Part shown: positions 24,297 to 36,838 of the stretch, piece by piece
Position numbering within the stretch: the first letter of the stretch is position 1
How the letters are laid out: each line of letters begins with the position of its first letter
Source of the DNA: Emiliania huxleyi CCMP1516
Taxonomy: Eukaryota
NCBI RefSeq assembly: GCF_000372725.1
Contig: NW_005201392.1
Coordinates: forward strand, 1,183,184 to 1,247,183
Direction: 5' to 3'
Length of the DNA stretch: 64,000 nucleotides
Notes under the pieces: model-generated
What the model was told of the DNA's origin: nothing
The model's database searches: none
The model's input: the letters and a program-made list of their open reading frames with translations, nothing else
Position numbers and translations under genes: made by a program

Positions 24297-25598
24297 TCAG
24301 GCGAGCGCCATGGGCGGCTCCGGGCCGTCCCCCTCGCCGCCCTCGCCGCCGCTCTTGTCGTCCGCGCCGTCGCCCTTCTTGCCCTCCTCCTCCTCCTCGC
24401 CCTCCTCCACCCCCTTGGGCGCCTGGTCCTTGATCTGCTGCAGCCGCTCCGCGCGCGCCGCCGCCTTGGCCTCCTCCTCCTCCTGCCTCCGCTTGGCGTT
24501 GGCGATGCCGTCGAGGCGCGCCTGCTCGAGCAGCTTCTTCAGCTCCGCCTCCCTCTCCTCGGCCGTCTGCTGCGGCAGCTTGGCCTCCTCGCTGTCCTTT
24601 TTCGCGGCCGTGGCGGCGGCGGCGGCGTCCACGGCCGCCGTCTCGCTAATGACGCCATCGAGCAGCGCCTGAGGTGTGGGGGAAGAGGGGGAGGGCAGCG
24701 GTGGGGAGGCGGCGTGAAGAGGGCAGTCTCGACCCTGGCTCCCTCGCCACTACCCGGCTTCATCTCGGCTGCACCTCACGTCGGCTCCGTCTCGGCGCCT
24801 CGGCTGCCTCTCGGCTGCCTCTCGGCTCTCTCTCGGCTGCCTCTCGGCTGCACCTCGGCTGCACCTCGGCTGCACCTCGGCTGCATCTCGGCTGCATCCC
24901 GGCTGCATCTCGGCTGCACGTCGGCTGCATCTCGGCTGCATCCCGGCTGCACCTCGGCTGCACGTCGGCTGCATCTCGGCTGCATCCCGGCTGCACCTCG
25001 GCTGCATCCCGGCTGCATCTCGGCTGCATCCCGGCTGCACCCCGGCTGCTGCACCCCGGCTGCACCCCGGCTGCACCTCGGCTGCACCTCGGCTGCACCT
25101 CGGCTGCACCTCGGCTGCACCTCGGCTGCACCTCGGCTACCTCTCGGCTGCATCCCGGCTGCGTCCCGTGCCTTGGCCTCCTCGCGGCGGTCGCACCCCG
25201 CGCGGCGCATCTCGCGGAACTGCGAGTCGTCGAGGTTGGGGCAGAGGGAGAAGAGGCGGCCGGACGCCTCCGGCAGGGTGAGCGCCTCTGTGATGAAGCG
25301 GAAGACGTCGTCCTTCGGGAGCTCTGCGCAGGTCGGCTCGTCGAGCGCCTGGGACGGGAAGGGTGCTCCCTCCAGGACTCGTCTCTTCTCTGCTTGCGGG
25401 AACGCGCCCGGGCGGCTGGGCGGCGAGGCTCGGGAGAAGGCTAAGAGCAAGGTGAGGAGAAGGGGTCGACGAGGGTCAGAGAGGTGTTGCGCGCAGGTCG
25501 GCCTCGTTTCCCGTTTGCGATAGGAGAGAGGGAAGGGAGAGGCAGGGAGAGGGCGAGGGAGGGAGGGAGGGAGGGAGGGAGGGAGGGAGGGAGGGAGG

Positions 25599-25639
<41 letters not shown>

Positions 25640-26314
25640 GTCAGGGCAGGGATGTGAGAGAGAGCGCGCACAGAGAGCTTCAGCCCACCGCCGAGCCCGC
25701 CCGCGGTGAGCGAGCCGGCGCGCATCACCGTGTACTCGGCCCCGCACGCCTCGAGCGCCGAGTGCAGCGCCTACACACATCGGCATGTCGCGGGCGCGTC
25801 GTGGACATGTCCGGGAAGCGTCCTCCCTCGGCGGGCCGCACGGCCGCGCCTCTTGGTTGGCGACGGTCGGGCTGGGGCCGTCGGCGCCGAGGTGGACGAA
25901 GACGCGCCGCACCCCCGCTGCCTTGGCCTGCGCCAGCTGCCCCTCCAGCGCCGCCTCCTCCGCATTGACCGCGAGCCACGTCGTCGCGCCCGCCATCGTG
26001 TCGCCGAGCGGAGACTCGCTGAAGTGGAGGACGTCGATGAGGCCCGAGTAGCGGGCCTGCCGCGAGAGGAGCATCTTCTTCGCATCCGCTGTCGACGACG
26101 AGCACGCCGTGATCTTATCGAACGCGCCGTGGTCGTGCAGCAGCTGGAAGAGGCCGCGGCTAGCGTAGAAGGAATCGGTGCCGTCCGTCACGACGATCGA
26201 CTCTGACATGAGCGAGACCGCGTGCCGCTGCGGCACGAGGAGGCGCCGCGGCGCGGGCCGCTGCTGCGAGGGCGCCAGCAGCAGGCCTGCGAGCGCGCCA
26301 CTGATGACGAGCAT
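24297..26314 (-). CDS. Probable plastid-targeted NAD(P)-binding Rossmann-like protein with acidic/coiled-coil C-terminus (multi-exon)
   Basis: Bipartite-like leader MLVISGALAGLLLAP...; AKAAGVRRVFV, AEYTVMRAGSL and DDVFRFITEALTLPEASGRLFSL resemble atypical SDR/NmrA-like folds; last exon 24297-~24669. Confidence 0.65.
24760..25160. repeat. Intronic 10-bp tandem repeat (ctcggctgca)n; related arrays at ~21090-21170, 31230-31300, 31420-31475, 31600-31650, 35150-35205, 50690-50740, 61965-62030, 62670-62700
   Basis: Direct observation; all copies fall in inferred introns. Confidence 0.95.
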
Positions 26315-26589
26315 CGATCGCTATAGCGTCCTGTGCCAAGATGCTCTGTAGAGCGATCCAGAGTTTCTTTCTTCCTTAATGTCCCAGCCCTTGTCCAACC
26401 TGAGGGTTTTCTTTCTGTCTTTTCAAAGGGCCAGAGTGCAGGTGCAGAGAGAGAGATGCGACAGTCCTCTGCTGTGAGAGGGGAGGAGGATGCTGCTTGT
26501 CTCTGTAGAACTCTTCTTCTGCGCGAAGTCTTTTTTAAGAACCTGCAACTCTCGGTTCGCTCTCTCTGCTGCAACTGTCTCCGAGAAGA

Positions 26590-27546
26590 TTAAATGTGGA
26601 AGAAGTGTAAATTACCAACAGAGTCGAGGACCACGACCTCGTCCTTGTCCTCATTTGCCGGAACGACCACCGCTGTAGATATCGGAAACCCCGTTTCGAG
26701 CGTTATGCTATGCCTCAACTTGCCGTCCGCCGCATTGACCACCTGGAGATCAGACGACTCCCTGCAGCACACAAGGAGCAGGCCGTTGTGCCATGCCAAG
26801 TGCATACATGAACTTGGTAGCTCGATCTCCCGCTGAAAGGCGTAGCCCTTGCCGACCTCTGTCGGATCCTCCTCGCCCATGTAGCTTTGTACGGATGTCA
26901 CGGCAACCAGGTCTGTGCGCTCCTCCCTTGAAAAGACCTTGGCCGCCACCTTCGCCTCCGTGCCAGTGACAACGAAGGCCTCCTCGTTGCTCAGTGCAAG
27001 TCCTCGCACGTGCAGCCCGGGCGGACCGGAAACAGGGGCGCCGAGATCGGAGGCTGGGATGTGGCCGGTTTTGGTTCCGGTTGCGGCCTGCACCACTGTG
27101 ATGAATGGCTCGTGGTTGTCTCCGCCTCTCACGATCCACAGCTCTCCCCGGCTTAGGCATAATTTGTTCGGCTCCGTCATCTCGGCTGAGCCTTCATCCC
27201 CGAACGATCCACCACGCTCGACTACGAATGGTTCGTGTGATGTGCCCTTGAGCTTGCCCCATTTTACGTGGTCGTATCGGCCTTCTGCGAGGAAGAGCCG
27301 GTCCTCTCCAGTTACCGTGCCACACGCCATGCCATGCGCACGCGGGAAGGGCGTCTCCATGTCGCTCAGGCCTGGCACTTGGCGCAGCTTCAGAGTAGCA
27401 CAGTCAAGGACGAAGAGATTGGTGTGGTGATCGGTGTTGGCGAGCAGCAGGCAGCCACTCGCTGCCCCGCTCCCGGCGGTGAGGAACTCGCACCTTGGCA
27501 CTGGGTCCAAGTCCTTGGCGAGCAGGAGGCGCGTCCGGGTGGGCAT
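26590..27546 (-). CDS. Hypothetical intronless protein, possible beta-propeller (NHL/YVTN-like)
   Basis: ~318-aa ORF with repeated beta-strand/hydrophobic patterns (RLFLAE, ELWIV, EAFVVT, LLLVCC, VVVLDS). Confidence 0.55.
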   Translation of the reverse strand: MPTRTRLLLAKDLDPVPRCEFLTAGSGAASGCLLLANTDHHTNLFVLDCATLKLRQVPGLSDMETPFPRAHGMACGTVTGEDRLFLAEGRYDHVKWGKLKGTSHEPFVVERGGSFGDEGSAEMTEPNKLCLSRGELWIVRGGDNHEPFITVVQAATGTKTGHIPASDLGAPVSGPPGLHVRGLALSNEEAFVVTGTEAKVAAKVFSREERTDLVAVTSVQSYMGEEDPTEVGKGYAFQREIELPSSCMHLAWHNGLLLVCCRESSDLQVVNAADGKLRHSITLETGFPISTAVVVPANEDKDEVVVLDSVGNLHFFHI

Positions 27547-28471
27547 ACACACACGTGCTGGCCCCACGGCGACGTCGCGCCACTGGTCCGCCCTGTCGCT
27601 CGCAGCCTACCCAGGTACGAGGCTGATTCGTAACGCCAGTGCCCCATGTTTGCTCAAGGCTGGATGAGGGTGTTTGAGTTTCCCGGTCTTTTTCAGTGTA
27701 TGTATGTACTTTTAGCTCTCTCTCTCTCAGTGTATGTAGCTCTTACGAACATACCCGTAGGTGAACTGCTGACAGGGTTTGCGATGAGGAGCGATCCGAA
27801 CGTGGTATTCGGGTGATTAGATCACTACCGCCGAAACGCAAGAGCACTGCGACGCATCGATCGTTTTTCAGTAACTGTAGCTCTTTTCACTGTATTTTTC
27901 TCTTACGTACATTCCCGTAGGAGGACTCTGCTGACAGGGTTTACGATGAGGAGCGACCAGAAGGGTTTTTTGTTCCCGACTTCTCCGCATGGGGAGCCCC
28001 GGGTATACTCTTTAGCTGTCTCGTCTAGGCAGGGGTTCCGGCTTTTCCCGCCCGCGCTTCCACCCCTCTCTTGCCCTTTTTCTTTTTGTGCGACTCTTTT
28101 TTTACCTTTTAGTTACTACCTTTCCCGGAGGAGGCGCTGCTGACCGGTGAGTGCAACTTTTCCAACAATCGCTGTCGTGGGATCGCTTGTCATGTGAGGC
28201 CGAGCGTGAGTGAGTCACTGCGGAACTGGGAGTTTACCTTGTGCAGGGCGTGAGCTGCCGCCGGACCCGAGGCGTGAACCACCGCCTTGGGCCCGCGAAC
28301 CGGCGATATGCAGCGTGTTCTGCAGCCTTTGACGCAGGTCGCAAGAAGAGCGACTGCCACTCCCCGGGCCGGGCCCTAGCGAGCGGGCGCATGGCGCCCG
28401 ACGCTCTGCCATGACCTCCGGGAGGTTGAGTGGCGACCTCGGTGAGGTTTACTTAGTTTGTTCTACGGAGT

Positions 28472-28557
28472 GACAGCACCTCCGGGCGGTATTAGAACTT
28501 TGATTGTTACTCAAGACAGCACCTCCGGGCGGTATTAGAACTTTGATTGTTACTCAA
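28472..28557. repeat. Perfect 43-bp tandem duplication
   Basis: gacagcacctccgggcggtattagaactttgattgttactcaa twice. Confidence 0.95.
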
Positions 28558-28992
28558 GCCACACAGAACACCCGCTTACTAGCCTACTTTTCAGCGTTTC
28601 CGGGCTCGCAAAACCCGGCGGGTGCAGCGGCGCAAGACCTCTCGGAGGTCGCAGGCCGACCTCGGGGAGGTCGGGGAAAACCCCCGTTCGGCTATCTACT
28701 CGCTCCCCTCACTATTCACAGACACTACGGCTGTACTCACAGTGGCTACTGAGACTGTTCACACGTGACGTTCACACCTGGGGGACCAGGGTGTATCCGC
28801 AACTTGCGCAGAGTCACACACACACACACACACAGGCCGCGCGCTGTGTTCTTGTTTCTATCCTTGTCTTTTTTCTTTTTCAGTCTTTTCAGTTACCTTT
28901 CCCGGAGGAGGACGGACAACGCCGTGTCAAAATTCTTCTCTGCTCTATCGGCGCCGGCCGCAAACCACACCTGCCAAGAGCGCTCGCGCTCC

Positions 28993-31900
28993 ATGGCGCA
29001 GAAGAACGATGTCCGGCAGACGCTCCAAGCCTCCATCCTCGCGGCGCTGCGTGGCGTCACCGGCGAAGACCAGTTGACCGTCCTCCTGCTCGATGACACG
29101 ATGCGGCGGGTCGTCAGCCGCTGCTGCCGGCTCTCTGAGGTGATGGCGGACGCCAACATCACGCTGGTGGAGCACATCCTCGCGCCCGAGGCGAAGCGCG
29201 CGCCGCCGGCGATGGCGGCCCACCTCTCCGCCGTCTACCTCATCGCTCCGACCGAGTCGAGCGTCTTTGCGCTCGAGCAGGAGCTGACCACGCGCCGGCG
29301 GCTCTACGGAGGCAAGAGGCACATCCTGGTCTCCTCGGCGCTGCCGGGCCCGCTGCGGGGCACGCTGCGAGTCCTCTCCGCCGGCGGTGCGCTCGCTTCG
29401 CTCCGCGAGGGCGTCGCGGTGGAGGCGCTGGCGCTGCACGCCGGCGCGTTCTCACTCGACCGGCCGTCCGCGCTCCGCCGGCTGTACGGGCCTCCGCCCC
29501 CGCTCAACGAAGACAACATCGAGGCGCGGCTGCTGCAGGGCGAAGACGAGGCGGGCGGCGAGCGCGCGGCGGCCGTGTCTCATGCAGCCGAGCAGCTCGC
29601 CAAGCTCTGTGCCTTGCTCGGTGACGCGACTCCGTCGGTGCGGTGATAAGAGAGAAGGCGGATAGAAACCAAGAACACAACACGACGGTGGCGGGGGAGC
29701 CTACACGAGGGGTAGAGGGGCACGCCCGCGCAACTAGGCGACACAGGCACCCCAAATGGCGGCCGTGCCAGAGGGACACCGAGGCGAAGAGCAGCCCGCC
29801 GGCTAGTGGACGCCGGCGCGTTTAGGGTTGGGGGTGGTGGGCAGAGGAGGACGTCACGCTGGAGCCGCACACACACACACGAGCTCGACACTCATCCTCA
29901 TAGGTGCGGTACCGGGCGCGTGACCACCCGGTGTCCAAGGCGCTCGCCGCTGCTAAAGCTGCCTGCCTCCCTCCCTTCCCCTCTCCTGCCTACCCGCCTC
30001 CCTCTCCCTGCACGCACACACACGCACACACACGCACGCACGCACGCACGTAAACCCGCCTGAGCGCACGCACGTTTGTCCAAGGCGCTCGGCGTGGCTC
30101 TGGTGGCGGCGACGCCGGCAGCGCGCGCGGGAGCCGGAGGGGAGGCGTCGGGAGGGGCGGGCGGCGAGGCGGCGGCGGCGGGGCGCCGGAACGTGTCCGT
30201 GTTGCTCGTCGATCGCTCCTCCGACCTCTTCACGCCGCTGCTGCACGATTTTGGACTCGAGGCGCTCGCCGAGGCGCGGGGTGTGCTGCGGGAGGGTCGC
30301 TTCCGGTGCCGAGAGGAGCCGAGAGGAGCCGGGAGGAGCGGGGAGTAGAGAGGAGGGCTGCGGAAGGGGCCTTCGGGCGCCGCGTCTTCGGCTTCAGCCT
30401 CAGCAGCCGCGGCCGAGCCTGTGCGCGACCTCCCATTCTTGTCGACGTGTCTCTACTGTGGCTAGGCGCGACCCGACACGCAAGTCTGCGGCGGAGGAGA
30501 GGTCGCAGCATTCTTCTCCCACCGACCGCCGACAGCGAATCCTCTGTCCACAGGTCTGCGGCCAAGAACGGCCCGTCCCAGGTGCTGCTGGGGGGCGGAG
30601 GCGGCGACGAGGTCTGGGAGGGGATCCGCTTCCAGACGCTCGACACCGTGGAGGAAGCGCTGTTCGCGTCGACGCGCGCCTTCGTCGCCGAGAACAAGGC
30701 GGTGGAGGAGGCGCGGAGCCGCGTCGCGCCCTGACATCTCCTAGACATGTCCTAGACATTGCCTAGGCGGTGGAGGAGGCGCGGAGCCGCGTCGCGCGTG
30801 GCGAGGAGCTCTCGACCAAGGAGATGGTGCAGGTGAGCCGGCCGGATTCATCAATGATTAAATGGTTCTCCTCCCCCCCCTTTGAGTGCCGTGCGGCTCC
30901 TGTCGTCTAGACGTGGAGTCGCGAGGGCTGCCTGGCCCTTGCCCCACCACCTTGTGTGGTGTGGAGAAGTGTACCTCACCTCACCTTACCTGGTGCAGGT
31001 GAACCGGCGGCTCGCGTCGTTGTCGTACAAGCGGAAGGAGGAGGCACTCAAGGCCGCGCAGCAGCTACGAGGAGAGGACGGGGCTCTGCGCACCCCTCCC
31101 GCCCCTCACGCCTCGACTCGTTCACACCTCAGGTCGCGGACGAGGTGCGGGAGAGCGTCATGTCGCTGCTGATCGCCCCCGCGCCGCTGCCGACGATCGG
31201 AGGTCCGCAACTCCGCCCCGCCGCGGGGCATCAGCCGAGATCAGCCGAGATCGGCCGAGACTAGGCCGAGATCGGCCGAGATCAGCCGAGATCGGCCGAG
31301 ACTAGGCCGCCCTCCGCCCGCCGCGGAGGACACGCCGCTGTACAAGCTCATGATGCTCGAGCAGGATTTGGCCACTGGCCGCGACGGCGCCACCGGAGCA
31401 GCCATCAAGCAGGCACGATCTCGGCGGATCTCGGCGGATCTCGGCGGATCTCGGCGGATCTCGGCGGATCTCGGCGGGTCTGTCAGCAGGCCGAGACCCT
31501 CTCCCGCATCGTGGGTACCCTTGTCGACCCTCTCTCCGCGCCGCCGCCGAGCGCCCGCAGCACCACGCGCGCTTCGACCGACTCGGCGCCCTTTCCTCGC
31601 GCCCGAGATCGCCCGGAGATCGCCCGGAGATCGCCCGGAGATCGCCCGAGCTTAGGCGCGCGCGGCGTCCTTCTCTGCATCCGCGCCCGCGGCCGAGTCG
31701 ACCGGCGGCACGGAGGGGGCGGGGGCGGAGGCGGAGGCGCCGAGGGCCGCGGAGGTGGAGGTGCTCGAGCGGCAGCTGTGGGTGTGAGCAGCGTCTCTTC
31801 ACACCTCCCCGTTGGTGTGTCGACAGGCAGAGGAGGTGCTCGAGCGACAGCGGCTGCTGTTGCTCGCGTCGCTCGCGCTGCCGCTCAGCGACAGCGCCCG

Positions 31901-32845
31901 CCGCCCCATCACCCGCGCGTCGGCCCTCGACAGCGAGCAGCTCGAGGCGGCGTCTCGCGCGGCATCTCCTCCTGCCTCGCGAGTCGGGCGAGGTGAGCCG
32001 AGGTGAGCCCAGAGTAGGCCGTGTCGCGCGGCCTCTTCTGCCTCGGGGCGCGCCCCGGCCGGCGAGGCACTGGCGGGGCCCCGAAGCCTCCTCCGCCCCC
32101 CGGCACGGCGCTGCTCTGCCGCCACACCCCCGCGCTGGCGCCGCTGCTCCGCTCCGCGCTCGGAGGGGGGAGCGGCTTCACGTGGCCGCTGTCACGCCGC
32201 GTGCGGGGGTGCGCGTGAACGGCGTCTCTTCACACGCGGGTGCGCGTGTGTGCAGGTGGCTGCGCCGCCGCGTAAGAGAGCCGGGAGACCGCGGCGCGGC
32301 GGGCGGGTCGGCGCGGCCAGACTTGGCCGCAGGTAGGGTGGGCTCGTGGGCGCTGCGGGGCAAGGCTGGCTCCGACCGGCCCGGCAAGCCGCTGGTGCTC
32401 GTCTTTATGGTGGGCGGCGCGAGTCACGCGGAGGTGAGGAGTTGGAGTGGGCCTTGAAATGGCGTCCAACACTTGAAATGGCGGGGGGGGGGAGGGGGGG
32501 GGGGGAGGCTCTTGCCTGCTGTCGTGGAGACGCGAGGGGGAGGGCCCGAGTCCTTGGCCCCTCACGCGCGCGCGCGGAGACGGGTACCCGACCCCAACCC
32601 TCCCTCAGGTGCGGTGCGTGCACGAGGTTGCTGCGGCGACACACCACTGTGACCTGCTCTTCGGCGCGACGGCGCTGCTCACGCCGACGCAGTTTGCGCG
32701 CGAGCTGGTCTCCGCTGCGACCTGCGGCGCGCTGCCCTCTCACCGCTGAGCGGCGCCCCGTCACGCGTCGAGCTGTGAACAGGTCTCGATGGAGCGGATG
32801 CCTCCGCTGAGCGCCGCACCGGTGTCTGACGATGAGGCGGAGTGA
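28993..32845 (+). CDS. Sec1/Munc18 (SM) family protein (multi-exon)
   Basis: VLLLDDTMRRVVSRCCRLSEV..NITLVEHI, AVYLIAPTESSV, LLVDRSSDLFTPLLHDF, LEQDLATG, LVFMVGGASHAEVR and LFGATALLTPTQF are SM-family hallmarks. Confidence 0.88.
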
Positions 32846-33129
32846 GGGAGGGCGACGAGGCGGAGGGAGACAGCGCTCGCCGACCCTGGGAGAGGAAAGG
32901 ATGACAAGGCGAGGGGTAGTTAGTGTGGGACAACCATGGTTGCTCATCCACGTGCGCCGGGCCTTGCATTAAATGCACCGCGCTCCGCGGGGCTCCTCCT
33001 CACGCGCATACACACATGACACTCGGGCGGCCTTACTTACCATCCACCTACCTACCTGGGGTGCGTTTATGTGAACATCAACAACGCTGCCCGCAACATG
33101 CGTGTCGCGCGCACTCATATTCATGACCG

Positions 33130-33255
33130 GTCTCAATGTCCCACCCCCCTGCGCGCGGGCCTTCTAGGCCCGCGCGCCGCGGGTAGCCTCCCCCCCATCC
33201 GCATCCCCGGGGCGGGGGGGCCTCCAGGGCTCGCACCTCAACCTCTCACAGAGTA
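33130..33255. repeat. Dispersed repeat; copies at ~49420-49520 and partial at ~49650-49690
   Basis: cccacccccctgcgcgcgggccttctaggcccgcg...gggcctccagggctcgcacctc shared. Confidence 0.8.
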
Positions 33256-34079
33256 GGCTAAATACACTATATAGACCTCAACCTCTCACAGTACGCAGAG
33301 TAGGCTAAATACAGTGTGATCTGTGATCTGTAAGGGTCCGCCCGCAGGCGCATTTTGTATACCGAGGCGGTGTGCCCGGTGCCGAGCGCAGGCAGAGCCC
33401 ACAGGTCGGACCTCTTAAGACAGCGTTGTAAGATCCCTGGGCGAGGCGGCGAGGGTGGTGGAGGGGGGGGTCCGGCGGCGGAGCAACCACCTCCTCCCGG
33501 CGTGCCGGGAGGCAGGATGTCATCCCCCGTGATCCAGACCGCCCCGTTGGAGGTAGACCGCTCGTCTAGCCAATCAGCCTTAAGCGAGCGGTCTGGCCGT
33601 TGGAATGGCCGAGTTTGGTGTGGACTTGCGTCCTCGCATCGATCGTGGTTACAAGCACCACTCAGGGAGGCGGCTGTCCCCGCAGGCGAGCCTCAGTTAC
33701 AAGCCGCCTCCCCTCCTCACGGCGTCACGGGTTGTAGACGTGTGCCGCTGGGATCAAGCCAGTACGCCCGAGGGCGACGGTCCCCCGGTAGTAGACGTTG
33801 GCGCCGAGGAGGGAGGAGTCGCTGAAGGACGGGTAGTCGTCGATCATGCGGGGGGAGGAGGAGTCGGCGAGTAGCGGGGATGAGAAATGCCTGAGAGGGT
33901 GGGGAGGGAGGCGTGAGGCGCGAGGTGAGGGGGCGCGGGGCGCGGGGTGTGCGTGGGACGCGCGGCGTGAGGCGCAGGGCGTGAGGCGGGAGGGCGCGGG
34001 GCGCTCGAGTGAGGGCAGGGTGTGTTTTGTGTGTGTGTGTATGTGTGTGTGTATGTGTGTGTGTGTGTGTTGGTTTGTT

Positions 34080-34122
34080 TGAGAGAGAGATTTTTAGCAA
34101 TACCAAACAAATCTAACACTCA
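34080..34122. repeat. 43-bp AT-rich repeat, inverted copy at 60625-60666
   Basis: tgagtgttagatttgtttggtattgctaaaa(a)tctctctctca on opposite strands. Confidence 0.85.
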
Positions 34123-34324
34123 TGCGAGGGCTGGGCAGGGCAGGGCAGGGCGGCGGCGAGCGGCGAGCGGCGTCGGCGAGATCGGCGACGAAGAGAGGCG
34201 ATGGTGACGTACACGGCGGCAGTGTTCACGGCAGCAGCGCCGGTGGCGACCCCGCGCAGCGGCGGCAAATTGTTCCCACAGCAGGCTCCGTCACGGTGTC
34301 GCCTCTCAGGCCGGCCTCTCAGAG

Positions 34325-35779
34325 ATGTCCGAGCGACAGCTCCGTGCGACTGGCGTCCGCGTGCTGCGCCGGTGCCCTCTCGCTCACGGCGAGCTCGTCG
34401 TCTCCGCCGGCAGCGTGCTCGACTTTGGCGGCGGCACCGGCTGGCCACCATCATCCATCGCCATCGTGAATGCAGCAAACTGCGGTGCCGCACCACCACA
34501 GACGGCGAGTTCCCATCCGCCTTCGACCGTCTGAGCGCTGGCGATCCACTCTCAGGCGGGCTCGGCGGCGGCGGCGTAGATGGAGCCATCACCAGCGCCG
34601 GCGGAGCAGCGCTCGCCGCCGACCGGCGGGCACTTCCCATCCTGCCTGGCACTCGCTTGGCGAGGAGTCCTAGATGCTCGCATCCGCTATCAGGAGCACT
34701 ATTGCTAAAGACGTCGTACTGATCATTCAACCCGCTATTCCTGGCTGCGTATGACGTAGTCAACAGATCGCGCCATTTCGCCACGCGCAGGACCGGATCG
34801 CCACGGGCGGCGCCGTGCTGACCGGGCCAAGGAGCTGCGGCTCGCTGCAGGCCGAGCTGCGAGCATGCGAGTCGTCTCTTCACGGCTGTGCGTCTGTCCG
34901 ATAGAAGCTACGGCTCGCTGTACGCCGGCAATGTCATCCACGCCGTCGGCCCAAACTACCGCGTGCTCGTCGGCTCGGGGCGGTCGGCGGAGGAGGGCGA
35001 CAAGCTGCTGCGCGACGCCTACCGCACCTCGATGGCCGCGGCAGCCGCTGCCAGCGTCGCGCACCTGGGCTTCTCTCTGCTGTCCGCGGGCATCTTCCGC
35101 GGCCCGCGCTCGCTGAGCCACGTGCTTAGGCGCGGCTGCTCATTTCGGCGGGTCTCGGCTCACTTCGGCTCACCTCGGCTCACCTCGGCTCACCTCGGCT
35201 CACCTCCGCTGCGTGCCCAGGGTTGGGATGGAGGCGGTGGCGGAGGGGGCATACCCGGGGCTGGCGGAGGTGCACCTCGTCGCCTTTCTGGAGTCGGAGC
35301 AGCGGGAGCTGCTCGCGCTCCTCGCCGAGCTTAGGGCTGGAGGCGGCGAGGCTGGGGGAGGCGAGGCTGGCGGCAGCGAGGCTGGCGGGAGCGAGGCTGG
35401 GGGAGGCGAGGCTGGCGGCAGCGATGCTGGCGGCAGCGATGCTGGCGGCGATGCTGGCGGCGATGCTGGAGGCGGCGCTGGAGGCGCCTTCTCACCGGAC
35501 GAGGTTCGAAGAGCCGGCCAGCTGCATGTTGTCCGCCACGAGTGTGCCCAGCGCCTCTTCACACTTGCAGGCATGAACAGGTGCTGGCGGACCGAGCCAA
35601 CCACGTCTCCGCGTCGGACGCGGCGGGCAGGCTCCCGCCTCTGCTGGTGGCCACTCTGGAGACAGTCGACACCGCCGCCGCCGCCAACGCCGCCAACGCT
35701 ACCGCCAATGCCGCCGCCACCAAAGACGCCTCCTCTGCCGGCTCCGCTGCCTCGCCCTCCGCCGCTGCCTCCACCTCCG

Positions 35780-35816
<37 letters not shown>

Positions 35817-36838
35817 GCGGCCGCAACGCAGCAACAGGCGCGCACACGCCTCCGCTGCCAGCGCGAGGGCGGCGGTTTTGGCGGCGGCGGAGGCGTCGGA
35901 GGAGGCGGCGGAGGAGGCGGCGCAGGAAGCGGCGAGCGCGGAGGGGGAGGGGGGCGGAGAGGGCGACGGTGCGGCGGAGGCGGAGCAGGCATGGCGTTTG
36001 GCTGACGCGCCGTACGCCTGGGCCGCAGCTCGGCTGCATTGCTTGTGGGCCGCGTCTCTCCACAGGTTGAGCTCTGCGGGTAGGTGTACCTGGGAGCACC
36101 TCGACCACACCGCGGACGTGCAGCTGCACGCGTGGGGCACTCGGCTGGAGGAGGCGTTCGAGCAGTGCGCGCTCGCGATGTTCGCACTGATGACGGAGCT
36201 CGAGACAGTCGGTGTTTGGCTCCCTCCCTCCCCCCCACCCCACCCCCCCACCCCTCTCTCTACGCCGGTCGATGCCGTGCGAGTGCGAGCCGCGTCTCTT
36301 CACAGCTGCTCCTGTGAACAGGCTCGTGCTCGCCGTGACGGAGGTGTGAGTGAGAGCAGCGTCTCTTCACGCCTCGAGGTGTGGGCAGGCGTGGGGCTGC
36401 CGGCAGCACCGCCGGTCGAGGTGTGCGCCCAAGGGCACGACCTGCACTCGCTCCTCTTCCAATTCCTCGACGAGTGCGCGCTCCTCGCTCCGCGGGGCGC
36501 GCGGGGGTGAGCGGCGTCTCTTCACGCCTCGAGCCGTGAACAGGTGGCTCTTCCGCTTCACGGGCGGCGGCGGGTTCGTGCCGCGGCGGCTTCGCGTGGT
36601 GTCGTTGGATCGCGCCGCCTTCCGCGTGCGCTCTCTCGCCGTTGGAGAGTGCTTCGAGCTTGGCCGGCACCCGCAAGGCACAGCGGCCGCCGTCCGGTCG
36701 GTTGGGCGGGGGAGGCGCGTCTCTCTTCACACCTCCGGCCTTGTGGTAGGGACCGAGGTCAAGGCGATTACCTACTCCGCGATGCGCATCACAGAGACGC
36801 CCACGCGAGCGGATCTTCTCGTCATCGTCGACATCTAG
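34325..36838 (+). CDS. Macrodomain (MacroD-type) - archease fusion protein (multi-exon)
   Basis: AIVNAANCGGLGGGGVDGAI, VIHAVGPNY, LLSAGIF (macro); WEHLDHTADVQLHAWGTRLEEAF, GHDLHSLLFQFLDEWLF, GTEVKAITYSAM..VIVDI* (archease); joined in frame by GT-AG intron 35504-35580. Confidence 0.85.

Noticed and set aside
24674..25523. Repeat proteins (SAASRLHLGC / MQPRCSR)
   Set aside because: Translations of the intronic 10-bp tandem repeat
63..27804. One 27.7-kb transposon bounded by the 78-bp inverted repeats (likewise 34080-60666)
   Set aside because: The interiors hold ordinary host genes, no transposase or TSD is seen, and an extra degenerate copy of the 78-bp repeat indicates dispersed repeats
33480..33900. 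Coding-like minus-strand segment (MIDDYPSFSDSSLLGANVYY...)
   Set aside because: Multiple stops and frameshifts and no recognisable family; at most a decayed fragment
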